Shown here piece by piece: positions 27,099-35,771 of a DNA stretch of 35,771 bases. The translations under genes and the position numbers were made by a program. Position 1 is the first letter of the stretch. Each line of letters starts with the position of its first letter. The notes under the pieces are model-generated. The model was not told the origin of the DNA. It saw only the letters and a list, made by a program, of their open reading frames with translations, and searched no databases. The DNA is from Candidatus Krumholzibacteriia bacterium (GTDB lineage Bacteria; Krumholzibacteriota; Krumholzibacteriia; LZORAL124-64-63), in NCBI GenBank assembly GCA_046484865.1, contig JAWOID010000072.1, positions 1 to 35,771 on the forward strand, written 5' to 3'.

Positions 27099-28085
27099 AT
27101 GGCGGTCGAGGCGGAACTCGCGCGGGAGCGTGCCGGCGAACTGGCGGCGCAGCTCGAGGAGGTGCTCGCGGAGGCGGGCACCGTCATCGTCGGACAGCGG
27201 TCCATGCTGGAAGGGCTGCTGCTGGGGCTGATCACCGACGGACACATCCTGCTGGAGGGAGTCCCGGGTCTGGCCAAGACTCTCGCCGTGCGGACCCTCG
27301 CCCAGGTGGTGACCGCCGACTTCCGACGGATCCAGTTCACGCCGGACCTGTTGCCCGCGGACATCGTGGGGACCACCATCTACCGCCGGGAGACGGGCGA
27401 GTTCACGGTGAAGAAGGGGCCCGTCTTCACGAACATCCTTCTGGCCGACGAGATCAACCGCGCCCCGGCCAAGGTGCAGAGCGCGCTGCTGGAGGCGATG
27501 CAGGAGCGCCAGGTCACGATCGGCGACGAGACCTTCGCCCTGCCGGACCCGTTCCTGGTGCTGGCCACCCAGAATCCCATCGAGCAGGAGGGAACCTACC
27601 CGCTGCCCGAGGCGCAGGTGGACCGGTTCCTGCTGAAGCTGCGCGTCGGCTACCCGTCACGGCAGGAGGAGCGCCTGATCCTCGAGCGCATGGCGGGTCT
27701 CGCAGTGCCCGTGGCCGGACCTCGGCTCGCGCCGGACCTGCTCGCGAGCGTCAAGACGGCCGTCGCCATGGTGCACGTGGACGAGAAGATCAAGGACTAC
27801 ATTCTCGACCTGGTCTTCGCCTCGCGCGAGCCCGAGCGGTACGGGCTGGACCTGGGCCCGCTCATCGCCTACGGCGCGTCGCCGCGCGCCACGCTGGCGC
27901 TGACCCGCGTGGCGCGGGCCCGAGCGCTCCTGCGCGGCCGCACGTTCGTCGTGCCCGACGACGTGAAGGCCGTGGCGCCCGACGTGCTGCGCCATCGCGT
28001 GCTCGTCACGTACGAGGCCGAGGCGGAGAACCTCACCAGCGACGACGTGGTTGCGAGGCTGCTCGAGAGCATCGAGCTGCCCTGA
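27099..28085 (+). CDS. moxR: MoxR-family AAA+ ATPase
   Basis: Walker A EGVPGLAKT, RIQFTPDLLPAD, LADEINRAPAKVQSALLEAMQE, and ATQNPIEQEGTYPLPEAQVDRF. Confidence 0.97.
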   Translation: MAVEAELARERAGELAAQLEEVLAEAGTVIVGQRSMLEGLLLGLITDGHILLEGVPGLAKTLAVRTLAQVVTADFRRIQFTPDLLPADIVGTTIYRRETGEFTVKKGPVFTNILLADEINRAPAKVQSALLEAMQERQVTIGDETFALPDPFLVLATQNPIEQEGTYPLPEAQVDRFLLKLRVGYPSRQEERLILERMAGLAVPVAGPRLAPDLLASVKTAVAMVHVDEKIKDYILDLVFASREPERYGLDLGPLIAYGASPRATLALTRVARARALLRGRTFVVPDDVKAVAPDVLRHRVLVTYEAEAENLTSDDVVARLLESIELP

Positions 28086-28121
28086 GGTTGCTGGTCCGGC
28101 CAGCGAACACGGAAGACCATC

Positions 28122-29072
28122 TTGCACGACGAGCGGCGAATTCACTCCGGGCGCGGCGAGCGCCCCGAAGACGACCGGCGGATCCCTCCGGAGATCCTGG
28201 CGGCCGTACGGCGGATCGAGATCCGCACGCGGCGTCTGGTCGAGGAGACGTTCTCGGGCGAGTACCACTCCGTGTTCCGTGGCCGCGGCATGGCCTTTCG
28301 CGAGGTGCGCGCGTACGTCCCCGGCGACGACGTGCGCACGATCGACTGGAACGTGACGGCGCGCACCGGGGATCCGTTCGTCAAGCTGTTCGACGAGGAG
28401 CGCGAACTCACCGTGATGCTGGCGGCGGACGTGAGCCGCAGCGGACGCTTCGGTTCGGGCGAGCGCCTCAAGGCGGAGATCGCCGCCGAGCTCTGCGGGG
28501 TTCTGGCGTTCAGCGCGATCGCCAACCGGGACAAGGTGGGGCTGGTGCTGTTCAGCGACCGGGTCGAACTCTTCGTGCCACCGGCGCAGGGCCGCATGCA
28601 CGTGCTGCGGCTCATTCGCGAATTGCTGACCTTCCGTCCCGCCGCGACCGGCACCGACCTGCAGCCGCCCCTGCAACTGCTCGGGTCGGTGGTCAAGCGC
28701 CGCGCGACCGTGTTCCTCGTCTCCGATTTCTGGACCGGCGACTTCGCCGCCAGCCTGCGACCGGTCGCCCGTCGCCACGATCTGGTGGCGGTGCGGGTTC
28801 GCGATCCGCGCGAGACCGAGCTGCCGCCGGTCGGACTCGTGCGCTGGGTGGACGCGGAGACCGGGCGCGCGGTCGTCGTCGATGCGTCCTCGGCCGCGAC
28901 TCGGCGCGAGGTCGCCGAGCGCGCGCGGGCGCACGACCGGCGCCTGGAGCGGCTGCTGCGTTCGAGCGGAGTGGACCTGGTGGACGTGGACGCCACGCGC
29001 TCCTACGTCGAACCCCTGCAGGCCTTCTTCACGCGGCGGGTGGGGCGCGGTCGGCGCGGAGGGCGGCGGTGA
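28122..29072 (+). CDS. DUF58 domain protein
   Basis: SVFRGRGMAFREVRAYVPGDDVRTIDWNVTAR, DVSRS and VSDF motifs. Start uncertain. Confidence 0.93.
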   Translation: MHDERRIHSGRGERPEDDRRIPPEILAAVRRIEIRTRRLVEETFSGEYHSVFRGRGMAFREVRAYVPGDDVRTIDWNVTARTGDPFVKLFDEERELTVMLAADVSRSGRFGSGERLKAEIAAELCGVLAFSAIANRDKVGLVLFSDRVELFVPPAQGRMHVLRLIRELLTFRPAATGTDLQPPLQLLGSVVKRRATVFLVSDFWTGDFAASLRPVARRHDLVAVRVRDPRETELPPVGLVRWVDAETGRAVVVDASSAATRREVAERARAHDRRLERLLRSSGVDLVDVDATRSYVEPLQAFFTRRVGRGRRGGRR

Positions 29073-30223
29073 ACCGCGGTCGCGTGGCACCGGCGCCGGC
29101 CCTCGGATCCATCGCAGCGTCCGCCGCCGCCGCCATCGTGCTGCTGATCGTGGCGGCGGCCTCGGTCCGGGGTCAGGCCGACGGACCGGCCCTGCCGCTC
29201 GGTGCGCCGGCCGCATCGCCGGACACGGCATCCCTGGTGGTCGCGGGGCCCGCCCACTGGGCTTTCCCGCGGGCGGCACGCGTGGACCCCGACACGATGC
29301 TGTTCGGGTCGGAGGCGCGGCTCGTGCTCACCTTCGCGGAGCGGCCCGCGGACTTCGCCGCCGACTCGCTGTCCGTGGCGGCAGGCTGGGTGGTTGCCGG
29401 AACGTGGGAGCCGGTGCCCACACCGGCGGGGACCGCCGGCGTCCGCGACTGGTCAGTGGCCGCGCCGGTGCGCGTGTACCGCGTGGGTCCGCTGCAGGTG
29501 GCCTGGCAGTCGAGCACCGCGCCGGTGCGGCCGCCGGCGGCCGGTGGCGAGGGAGCGGCCGTCCTGGTGGTGCTTGGCCGGGCGGGGGCCGAGCAGCGTC
29601 CGGCGGCGGTGCGCGACCCCCGGCCGCTGGGCTGGAACCCGCTCCCCCTCGCCGCGTTGGCCTTGCTGGCGGCCCTGATGGTCGCGGGTGCGGTCTTCGC
29701 GTGGCGTGGTCGCCGGCGGAGGGCCGTCCGCCCCTGGGACCGGCCGCTCGCCGCGCCGCCGGATCTCGAGACGGCGTCGGCCCTGCGCCGGCTGGTGGAG
29801 GAGGATCTGCCCGGCCGCGGCGAGGGACGTCGCCATCTCGACCGACTGGCCGGCCTGCTGAGAGCGCATCTCGCCGGGAGGTATCGGCTGCCCGCCGGCG
29901 AACTCACGGCCGACGAGATCGAGCCGGCGGCCCGGCGACTGGGGCACCACCCGGCGTCCCTGCGACCCTGGGAGCGACTCCTCGCCGAGGTGGAGCGCCG
30001 GCGCTACGACCCCGCCCCGATCGCGGCGAGCACCTGCGCCCGGCTCGACGGTGACGTCTGGCGGCTGCTCGAGGCCACGCGGCTGCGAGTCGCGTTCACC
30101 CCGGTCGCGCTGGAGCTGCGGGTGCGTGGAGAGCGTGACCGGGCCTGGCTGCAAGAGCGGCTCGGCGCCTCCGGAGTGGTCGCGGAGCCGGCGAACGTGG
30201 TCGATCCGGCCGCAAGGCCCTGA
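29069..30223 (+). CDS. Exported membrane-anchored protein of the bat operon
   Basis: GTGA overlap with DUF58, signal-like N-terminus, central TM segment and LRAHLAGRY...ELTADEI helical tail. It is the 3' part of the long ORF-track frame starting at 26321. Confidence 0.72.
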   Translation: MNRGRVAPAPALGSIAASAAAAIVLLIVAAASVRGQADGPALPLGAPAASPDTASLVVAGPAHWAFPRAARVDPDTMLFGSEARLVLTFAERPADFAADSLSVAAGWVVAGTWEPVPTPAGTAGVRDWSVAAPVRVYRVGPLQVAWQSSTAPVRPPAAGGEGAAVLVVLGRAGAEQRPAAVRDPRPLGWNPLPLAALALLAALMVAGAVFAWRGRRRRAVRPWDRPLAAPPDLETASALRRLVEEDLPGRGEGRRHLDRLAGLLRAHLAGRYRLPAGELTADEIEPAARRLGHHPASLRPWERLLAEVERRRYDPAPIAASTCARLDGDVWRLLEATRLRVAFTPVALELRVRGERDRAWLQERLGASGVVAEPANVVDPAARP

Positions 30224-30240
30224 TCCGAACGGGAGCCTCG

Positions 30241-31224
30241 ATGGAACTGGCTCGTCCCTGGCTGCTGCTGCTGATGTTGCCGCTGGTCGTGCTGCTCTGG
30301 TGGCGCCTGCGGCGCGGCGACGACGAAGCGGCCGTCCGGCACGCGAACGTCGCGCTGCTGCCCGGCAGCCGGGGCTGGAGGGCCCGCCTCTCGGCCTGGC
30401 TGCCGGCCGTCACCGGCCTGGCCCTGCTGTTGCTGGTCGTGGCGCTGTCGGGACCGCGCCTGCCGCAACACCAGGAGACGGTCGAGGGAGAGGGGATCGA
30501 CATCGTCGTGGCGCTGGACATCAGCGGCAGCATGCGGGCGCTCGATTTCGATCCGCTCGACCGGCTGGCGGCGGCCAAGGAGGTGATCCGGGACTTCGTC
30601 GAGGGCCGGCCGCGCGATCGGATGGGACTCGTCCTCTTCGCCGCCCGTGCGTTCACGCAGTGTCCGCTGACGCTCGACCACCGCGTGCTGCTGGGGTTCC
30701 TCGACGAGGTGGAGGTAGGGCTCATCGACGACGGGACCGCCATCGGCCTCGGCCTGGCCACGTCCGTCAACCGCCTGAAGGACTCGCCGGCCGCCAGCAA
30801 GACGGTCATCCTGCTCACCGACGGCATGAACAACGTGCCGACCCTCGAACCGGAGACCGCCGCCGAGCTGGCCAGGACGCTGGAGGTGCGGGTCTACACG
30901 GTGGCGATCGGTCGCGAGGGCGTGGCGCCGTACCCGGTCGACGACCCTCTCTTCGGGCGGCGCACCCAGCCCATGGAGACCCACATCGACGAGGAACTCC
31001 TGCGCCGGATCGCGGCTCTCACCGGCGGCGAGATGTACCGGGCGCAGGACCCGCAGGCCCTGGAGCGGATCTTCGCCACGATCGACGCCATGGAGACGTC
31101 GCGCTACGAGACGACCGTCAGCACCTATCACCGCGAACTCGTGGCCTGGTTCGCGGGTCCGGCCCTGGTGCTGCTGATGCTCGAAGCCCTGCTCGGCGCC
31201 ACGTGGTTGCGCCGCTTGCCCTGA
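30241..31224 (+). CDS. batA: BatA-like VWA membrane protein
   Basis: N-terminal PWLLLL BatA segment, MIDAS DISGSM, QCPLTLD, DGTAIG and LLTDG. Confidence 0.9.
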   Translation: MELARPWLLLLMLPLVVLLWWRLRRGDDEAAVRHANVALLPGSRGWRARLSAWLPAVTGLALLLLVVALSGPRLPQHQETVEGEGIDIVVALDISGSMRALDFDPLDRLAAAKEVIRDFVEGRPRDRMGLVLFAARAFTQCPLTLDHRVLLGFLDEVEVGLIDDGTAIGLGLATSVNRLKDSPAASKTVILLTDGMNNVPTLEPETAAELARTLEVRVYTVAIGREGVAPYPVDDPLFGRRTQPMETHIDEELLRRIAALTGGEMYRAQDPQALERIFATIDAMETSRYETTVSTYHRELVAWFAGPALVLLMLEALLGATWLRRLP

Positions 31225-31233
31225 GGAGCCGCC

Positions 31234-33240
31234 GTGCGCTTCGCTGCCGACATCTGGTTGCTGGCCGTGCCCGCCGTACTCGGGCTGTGGCTGGTGCTTC
31301 GGGTCGGCGACCGGCGAGCCCGCGGCCGATTGAGCCGGCTCATGTCCCGGCGCGCCGACGACCACGTGGAGGCGTCGGCTCCCCGGCTGGCGGCCTGGCG
31401 TCGCTTCCTCCTGCTGACCGCGCTCGTGTGGATCGCGGTGGGCCTGGCGCGACCGCAGTGGGGCGCGCGCGAGGTCACGGTCACCCAGAAGGGCACCGAC
31501 ATCGTGGTGGCGCTCGACGTGTCGAACTCCATGCTCGCGGAGGACGTCACGCCGAACCGACTGGTCCGCGCCCGCGCCGAGCTCGATCGGTTCCTGGCCA
31601 AGCAGGAGCACAGCCGTGTGGCGGTGGTGCTGTTCGCCGGCGCGGCGTTCGTGCAGTGCCCCCTGACGCTCGACTACGGGACGGCGCGGCTGTTCCTGGG
31701 CATGGCCGATACGGACATGATCTCGGAGCAGGGGACCGCGCTGGCCAGCGCTCTGGGTGTGAGCCGCGAACTGCTGACCCACGCCGGGTCCCGGGGCGAG
31801 GCGTTCCGCGCGGTCGTGCTCGTGACCGACGGTGAGGATCTCGAGGGGGCCTGGCGCGAGGAAGCTGAGCGCTGCGCCGGCGCCGGCATCGTGATCATCC
31901 CGGTGGGGGTGGGAGAGGAGACCGGCGGACTGATCCCGGTCCGGGATGCCCAGGGGCGACCCGACGGGTTCCTCAAGGACAGCGACGGCAGCGTGGTGAT
32001 GACGCGGCTGGATCGCGCCGCGCTGGACGAACTGGCCCGGATCGGCGGCAGCAGTTCCTTCCGCATCGGCAACGACGGTCTGGCCGGCGACCGGTTGCGG
32101 GCGGTTCTCGACGGCCTCGGCAAGCGCGACCTGGAGGACCGCCGCATCTCGGCCTACCAGGACCGCTACGAGTGGTTCCTGGGGGTGGCGATGATCTGCC
32201 TCGTCCTGCGCCTGGTCCTGCGGCCGCGCCGGCGGGACCATGCCGGGCGCCTCGTCGGCCCCGGAAGCGAGCGGCTGCAGGTCGGCGCGGCCGCCGCGGA
32301 GCCTCGGACCGGCGGCACGTTCGGCGCGCGGCTGCCGCGACCGTCCGGAACCGCCGCGGCCGCTGCGACGGTGCTCGTGCCCGGGTTCCTGCTGGCATCG
32401 ATCCTGGGCTCCGGCAGCGCGCTCGCCCAGCCGCTGCGTCCGGCCGGGTCCGCGCATGCCGCGGAGGGAATCCGGCTCTATCACGCCGAGTCGTTCCCGG
32501 AGGCGCTGCAGCGATTCGAGGCCGCGCGGGCCGAGGCGCCCGACGATCCGCGGCTGACCCTGGCGGTGGGGGAGACCCTGCACCGTCTCGGCCGCCACGA
32601 CGAGGCTGTCCGGGAGTTCCGGCGCGCCCTGACCCTCGCCGGCTCGGACGAGCTGCGCGCCGAGAGCCTGTACAATGCGGGCACCACGCAGCTCGCGGCC
32701 GGCGAGCTTGCCGAGGCGGTCGACCTCCTGCGCGAGTCGCTGCGGCTGCAGCCGGGGCGGGACGATGCGCTGCACAACCTGGAACTGGCCCTGCTCGCTC
32801 TCGAGCAGCAGGAGCGGCAGCAGGATCAGCAACCGGATCAACAGCAGCAGGACCAGCAGCCGGACAATCAGCAAGACGACCAGCAGGAACCGGGCGATCA
32901 GGATGATCAGCCCCGGCAGGGCGATGATCAGCAGCAGGGCGATCGCGACGAGCAGCAGGACGGAGAGCGGGAGCGCGAGGACCAGCGGCAAAACGACCAG
33001 CCCGAGGACCAGCCGGCGGAGCAGGACGAACAACCTGCGCCGGAGCCGCCGGCCGACCCGCAGGAGCCGGAGGCCGCGCCGGAGGAGGGTGAACCGGTGC
33101 CGCAGGACGGGCCGGAGGAGTTGACCGAGGAGCAGGCCCGCCAGCTGCTGCGGGCCCTCGATCGCGACGAGCAGGAGTTGAAGCGGGCGGTGCAGCGCCG
33201 TCTGAAGGGCACGCCGACGAAGAGCGGGAAGCGATGGTGA
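31234..33240 (+). CDS. batB: BatB-BatC fusion (VWA, TPR and Q/D-rich tail)
   Basis: LARPQWG, DVSNSMLAED and VTDGE, then TPRs (SLYNAG, ALHNLELA), a Q/D/E low-complexity region and EQARQLLRAL...KRW. Confidence 0.88.
   Translation: MRFAADIWLLAVPAVLGLWLVLRVGDRRARGRLSRLMSRRADDHVEASAPRLAAWRRFLLLTALVWIAVGLARPQWGAREVTVTQKGTDIVVALDVSNSMLAEDVTPNRLVRARAELDRFLAKQEHSRVAVVLFAGAAFVQCPLTLDYGTARLFLGMADTDMISEQGTALASALGVSRELLTHAGSRGEAFRAVVLVTDGEDLEGAWREEAERCAGAGIVIIPVGVGEETGGLIPVRDAQGRPDGFLKDSDGSVVMTRLDRAALDELARIGGSSSFRIGNDGLAGDRLRAVLDGLGKRDLEDRRISAYQDRYEWFLGVAMICLVLRLVLRPRRRDHAGRLVGPGSERLQVGAAAAEPRTGGTFGARLPRPSGTAAAAATVLVPGFLLASILGSGSALAQPLRPAGSAHAAEGIRLYHAESFPEALQRFEAARAEAPDDPRLTLAVGETLHRLGRHDEAVREFRRALTLAGSDELRAESLYNAGTTQLAAGELAEAVDLLRESLRLQPGRDDALHNLELALLALEQQERQQDQQPDQQQQDQQPDNQQDDQQEPGDQDDQPRQGDDQQQGDRDEQQDGEREREDQRQNDQPEDQPAEQDEQPAPEPPADPQEPEAAPEEGEPVPQDGPEELTEEQARQLLRALDRDEQELKRAVQRRLKGTPTKSGKRW
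32805..33060 (+). repeat. Gln/Asp/Glu-rich low-complexity coding tract
   Basis: CAG/GAC-rich sequence encoding EQQERQQDQQPDQQQQDQQPDNQQDDQQEP... Confidence 0.85.
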
Positions 33241-35771
33241 TCACCGGGCGCGCAACCCCAGGACATCTGGATGCCGTGCGACGGACCTGCATCCGATGGG
33301 CGGCGGCGAATCGCTCACGGGCCGGCAGGGCGACGCTGGCGACGGTGCTCGCCGCGATCGCGCTGCTGGCCACGGCGGCGCCGGCGATGGCCATCACCGT
33401 TCGGGCGGAGACCGATCGCGCCCGCATCCGGGCCGGCGAGCGACTCGTGCTCACCGTCACGGTCGAGGGCGACCAGGCCGTCGATCCCCGCGTGGATCTG
33501 CCGGTGCTACCCGGCGTCCAGGTGCACCCGCAGGGCCGCAGCCAGAGCTTCACGATGGCCGACGGACGCGTGCAGGCGTCGGTATCGCTGAGCTACCTTC
33601 TGGAGGTGACGCGCGAGAGCGACTTCGAGATTCCCGCGCTCCGGGTCCACCTGGAGGGCCGGGCGTACAGCACGCAACCCATACCGATCACCGTGCTCGC
33701 GGCCGAGGATCCGCCGCCCGCCCGGACGCCGTCCGCCGCCCAGCGGGGCAGCGGCACCGGCGGGGCGGATCCGGGGCCGGACGCCGGTGGCGTCACGGCG
33801 GGTAGCGCATCGGGGGGGCGGCCGGGCGACGACGTCTTCATCACACTGACGGCCGATCGCCGCGAGGTGCACGTCGGCGAGCAGATCGTCCTGAGCTTCC
33901 GCTGGTACCGCAGCGTCCAGCCCTGGGACAACCCGCGCTACACTCCGCCCACCACGGAGGGGTTCTGGCGCGAAGATCTCGCGCCGGAGCAGCGCTACCG
34001 CACGACGGTCGGCGCTCGCACCTACCAGGTGACCGAGGTCCGGTATGCGCTCTTCCCCACCCGTGCCGGCGAGTTGACCATCGAGCCGGCCACGCTCACC
34101 TACTCGGAAGACCTGTTCGATCGCTTCTTCTCGCGAGCACGAAACCGGGGACCGCGGGCGCTCCGGACGGACCCGATCCCCGTCACGGTCCTCGAGCTGC
34201 CGCACCCGCTTCCGGACGACTTCTCCGGCCTGGTGGCGCGGGAGATGGCCCTGACGGCGCAGGTCGATCGCGACAGTGTTCCGCGTGGCGAGCCAGTGAC
34301 GCTCAGCGTCAATCTCGTCACCGACGCCTTCCTCGAGACCTTCGGCGGCCTGATGCTGCCGGAGCCGGACGGGGCGCGGTTGCACGACTCGAGGGACGAA
34401 CTCCGTGCCGAGACCGGCGGCGATCGGCGCCGCAGCCGGCTGACGGTCGAGAAGGTGATCATCCCCACCGTCGCCGGGACCCTCCGGGTCCCGCCGGTGA
34501 CCGTGCGCTACTTCGATCCCGATCGACGGGAATACGTCCTGGCGCGGACCGAACCGGCGGCTGTCACGGTCCTCCCCAGCAGCCTGCCGGTGGCCGGCGA
34601 CCTGGCGTCGGGACCCCTGCGCACCGAGATCGCGCGTCTCGCCAGCGACCTCGCGTTCATCCATCCGGTCGCTCGCCGTCTCGCCCGGGTGCGGCCGCCG
34701 GTCGTCGCCTCGGCGTTCTGGTGGGTGGCGCTGCTGCTGCCGCCGGCGGCACTCGCGGCGCTGCGAGTGCTGCTGGCACGGCGCGAAGCGCTGCTGCGCG
34801 ATCCGGCGGCGGCCCGGCGCCGGCAGGCGCTGGCCCGGGCGCGGCGCCGGCTGCGCCAGGCGGCGCGTTCCGGGGACCGCCGGGAGGGGCTCGCCGCCAT
34901 CGGCCGCGCCGTTGCCGGCTACGTGGCGGATCGCCGGTACCGCCCGCCGGCCGCCGTCGACGCGCGGGAAGTCGCCCAGCACGCAGCCGAGGTGGGAGCC
35001 CCCACTGCCGGCGAGCGGCTGGCACGGCTGCTGGAGGTGTGCGATCGCGAGCGGTTCGGCGTCGCCGGCGGCGCGACCGCCGCCGGATCCGACGACCTCG
35101 GGGCTCTCGCCCGGGAGGCGGAGGCGGCCCTGGCAGACATCGACCGGGCGACGCGCCGTCACCGCGCCGCTGCGGACCGGAGCGCGGCGGGTCCGGTGCG
35201 CGCCGGCGTCCTGCTGCTGGTGGTCGGCCTGACCGCCGCGACCGCAGCGCCGGCGGCGACCACGGGCTCGGGCGACCCCGCGCAGCTCGTGGCGGAGGGG
35301 AACCAGGCGTACACGGAAGGAGACCTGGACACCGCGCTCGAACGCTACCGTCTGAGCCTGGACGCCGGCGTGGACGACGCCGTCGTGCACTACAACCTGG
35401 GGAACGTCCACGCCCGGCGGGGCGAGCTGGGCCGGGCGGTGGCATCCTACCTGCGTGCGCTCCGCCGCGACCCCGGCGACCGCGATGCCCGCGCGAATCT
35501 GGCGTGGGTGCGGGCGCACCTGAAGGACATCGAGCTGGCGGGAGAGGAGCTGCCGCCCGGCGTGGCGCAGGCGGCGGGGCTGGGCCGGGCCCTGACCCTC
35601 GACCAGTGGAGCCTGCTGCTGGTGGCGGCCGTCTGGGTGCTGTGCCTGCTGCTGGGCTGGGGCTGGTGGCGCGGCGGCGTCGGCGAACGGCTCCGCCGGG
35701 TCCTGCTCGCTGGTCTGGCGATCCTGGTCCTGGTGGGCGCCGTCACGGCCTGGCGTTTCCACGACGAGCGC
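33234..35771 (+). CDS. batD: BatD-BatE fusion (3'-partial)
   Basis: Frame from ATG 33234 has no stop to the window end (846 codons). It encodes a signal peptide, BatD-like beta domains (ITVRAETDR, VHVGEQIV, YALFPTRAGELTIEPA), a TM segment, then TPR (EGNQAYTEGD...VHYNLGNVH...RDARANL) and further TMs. Confidence 0.85.
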   Translation, partial: MVITGRATPGHLDAVRRTCIRWAAANRSRAGRATLATVLAAIALLATAAPAMAITVRAETDRARIRAGERLVLTVTVEGDQAVDPRVDLPVLPGVQVHPQGRSQSFTMADGRVQASVSLSYLLEVTRESDFEIPALRVHLEGRAYSTQPIPITVLAAEDPPPARTPSAAQRGSGTGGADPGPDAGGVTAGSASGGRPGDDVFITLTADRREVHVGEQIVLSFRWYRSVQPWDNPRYTPPTTEGFWREDLAPEQRYRTTVGARTYQVTEVRYALFPTRAGELTIEPATLTYSEDLFDRFFSRARNRGPRALRTDPIPVTVLELPHPLPDDFSGLVAREMALTAQVDRDSVPRGEPVTLSVNLVTDAFLETFGGLMLPEPDGARLHDSRDELRAETGGDRRRSRLTVEKVIIPTVAGTLRVPPVTVRYFDPDRREYVLARTEPAAVTVLPSSLPVAGDLASGPLRTEIARLASDLAFIHPVARRLARVRPPVVASAFWWVALLLPPAALAALRVLLARREALLRDPAAARRRQALARARRRLRQAARSGDRREGLAAIGRAVAGYVADRRYRPPAAVDAREVAQHAAEVGAPTAGERLARLLEVCDRERFGVAGGATAAGSDDLGALAREAEAALADIDRATRRHRAAADRSAAGPVRAGVLLLVVGLTAATAAPAATTGSGDPAQLVAEGNQAYTEGDLDTALERYRLSLDAGVDDAVVHYNLGNVHARRGELGRAVASYLRALRRDPGDRDARANLAWVRAHLKDIELAGEELPPGVAQAAGLGRALTLDQWSLLLVAAVWVLCLLLGWGWWRGGVGERLRRVLLAGLAILVLVGAVTAWRFHDER

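Overview
A very GC-rich bacterial chromosomal segment. C-terminal FlgD-Ig/T9SS-type sorting domains plus a moxR-bat operon suggest an FCB-group lineage such as Krumholzibacteriota/Latescibacterota/Eisenbacteria (inference only). From left to right it contains: (i) a foreign-looking AT-rich block (1-~690, roughly 40% GC) with a partial membrane-protein gene, joined at an attC-like half site that truncates a GC-rich ORF; (ii) a 27-28 bp tandem repeat; (iii) the heme operon hemE-hemN-hemH-hemG, preceded by an NSS transporter-histidine kinase-OmpR regulator unit; (iv) an M20 deacylase and a PLP gamma-lyase; (v) eno-ftsB-tRNA-fMet; (vi) a SigW-like ECF sigma, zinc anti-sigma and membrane protein; (vii) two secreted FlgD-Ig proteins (an HExxH protein and a GH32-like protein); (viii) TPR protein, TPR-TonB_C lipoprotein, PD40 lipoprotein and class II aldolase; (ix) a 28-aa small ORF, a GT4 and two DUF507 genes; (x) moxR-DUF58-orf-batA-batBC-batDE running off the right end. 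The most notable signals are the left-end junction, matching AAC-N16-CGTA ECF promoters before the anti-sigma gene and the bat operon, a motif-dense hemE promoter beside a transporter-coupled two-component system, and bat fusions that retain internal signal-like segments. All calls come from motif recognition by eye; no database searches were run.
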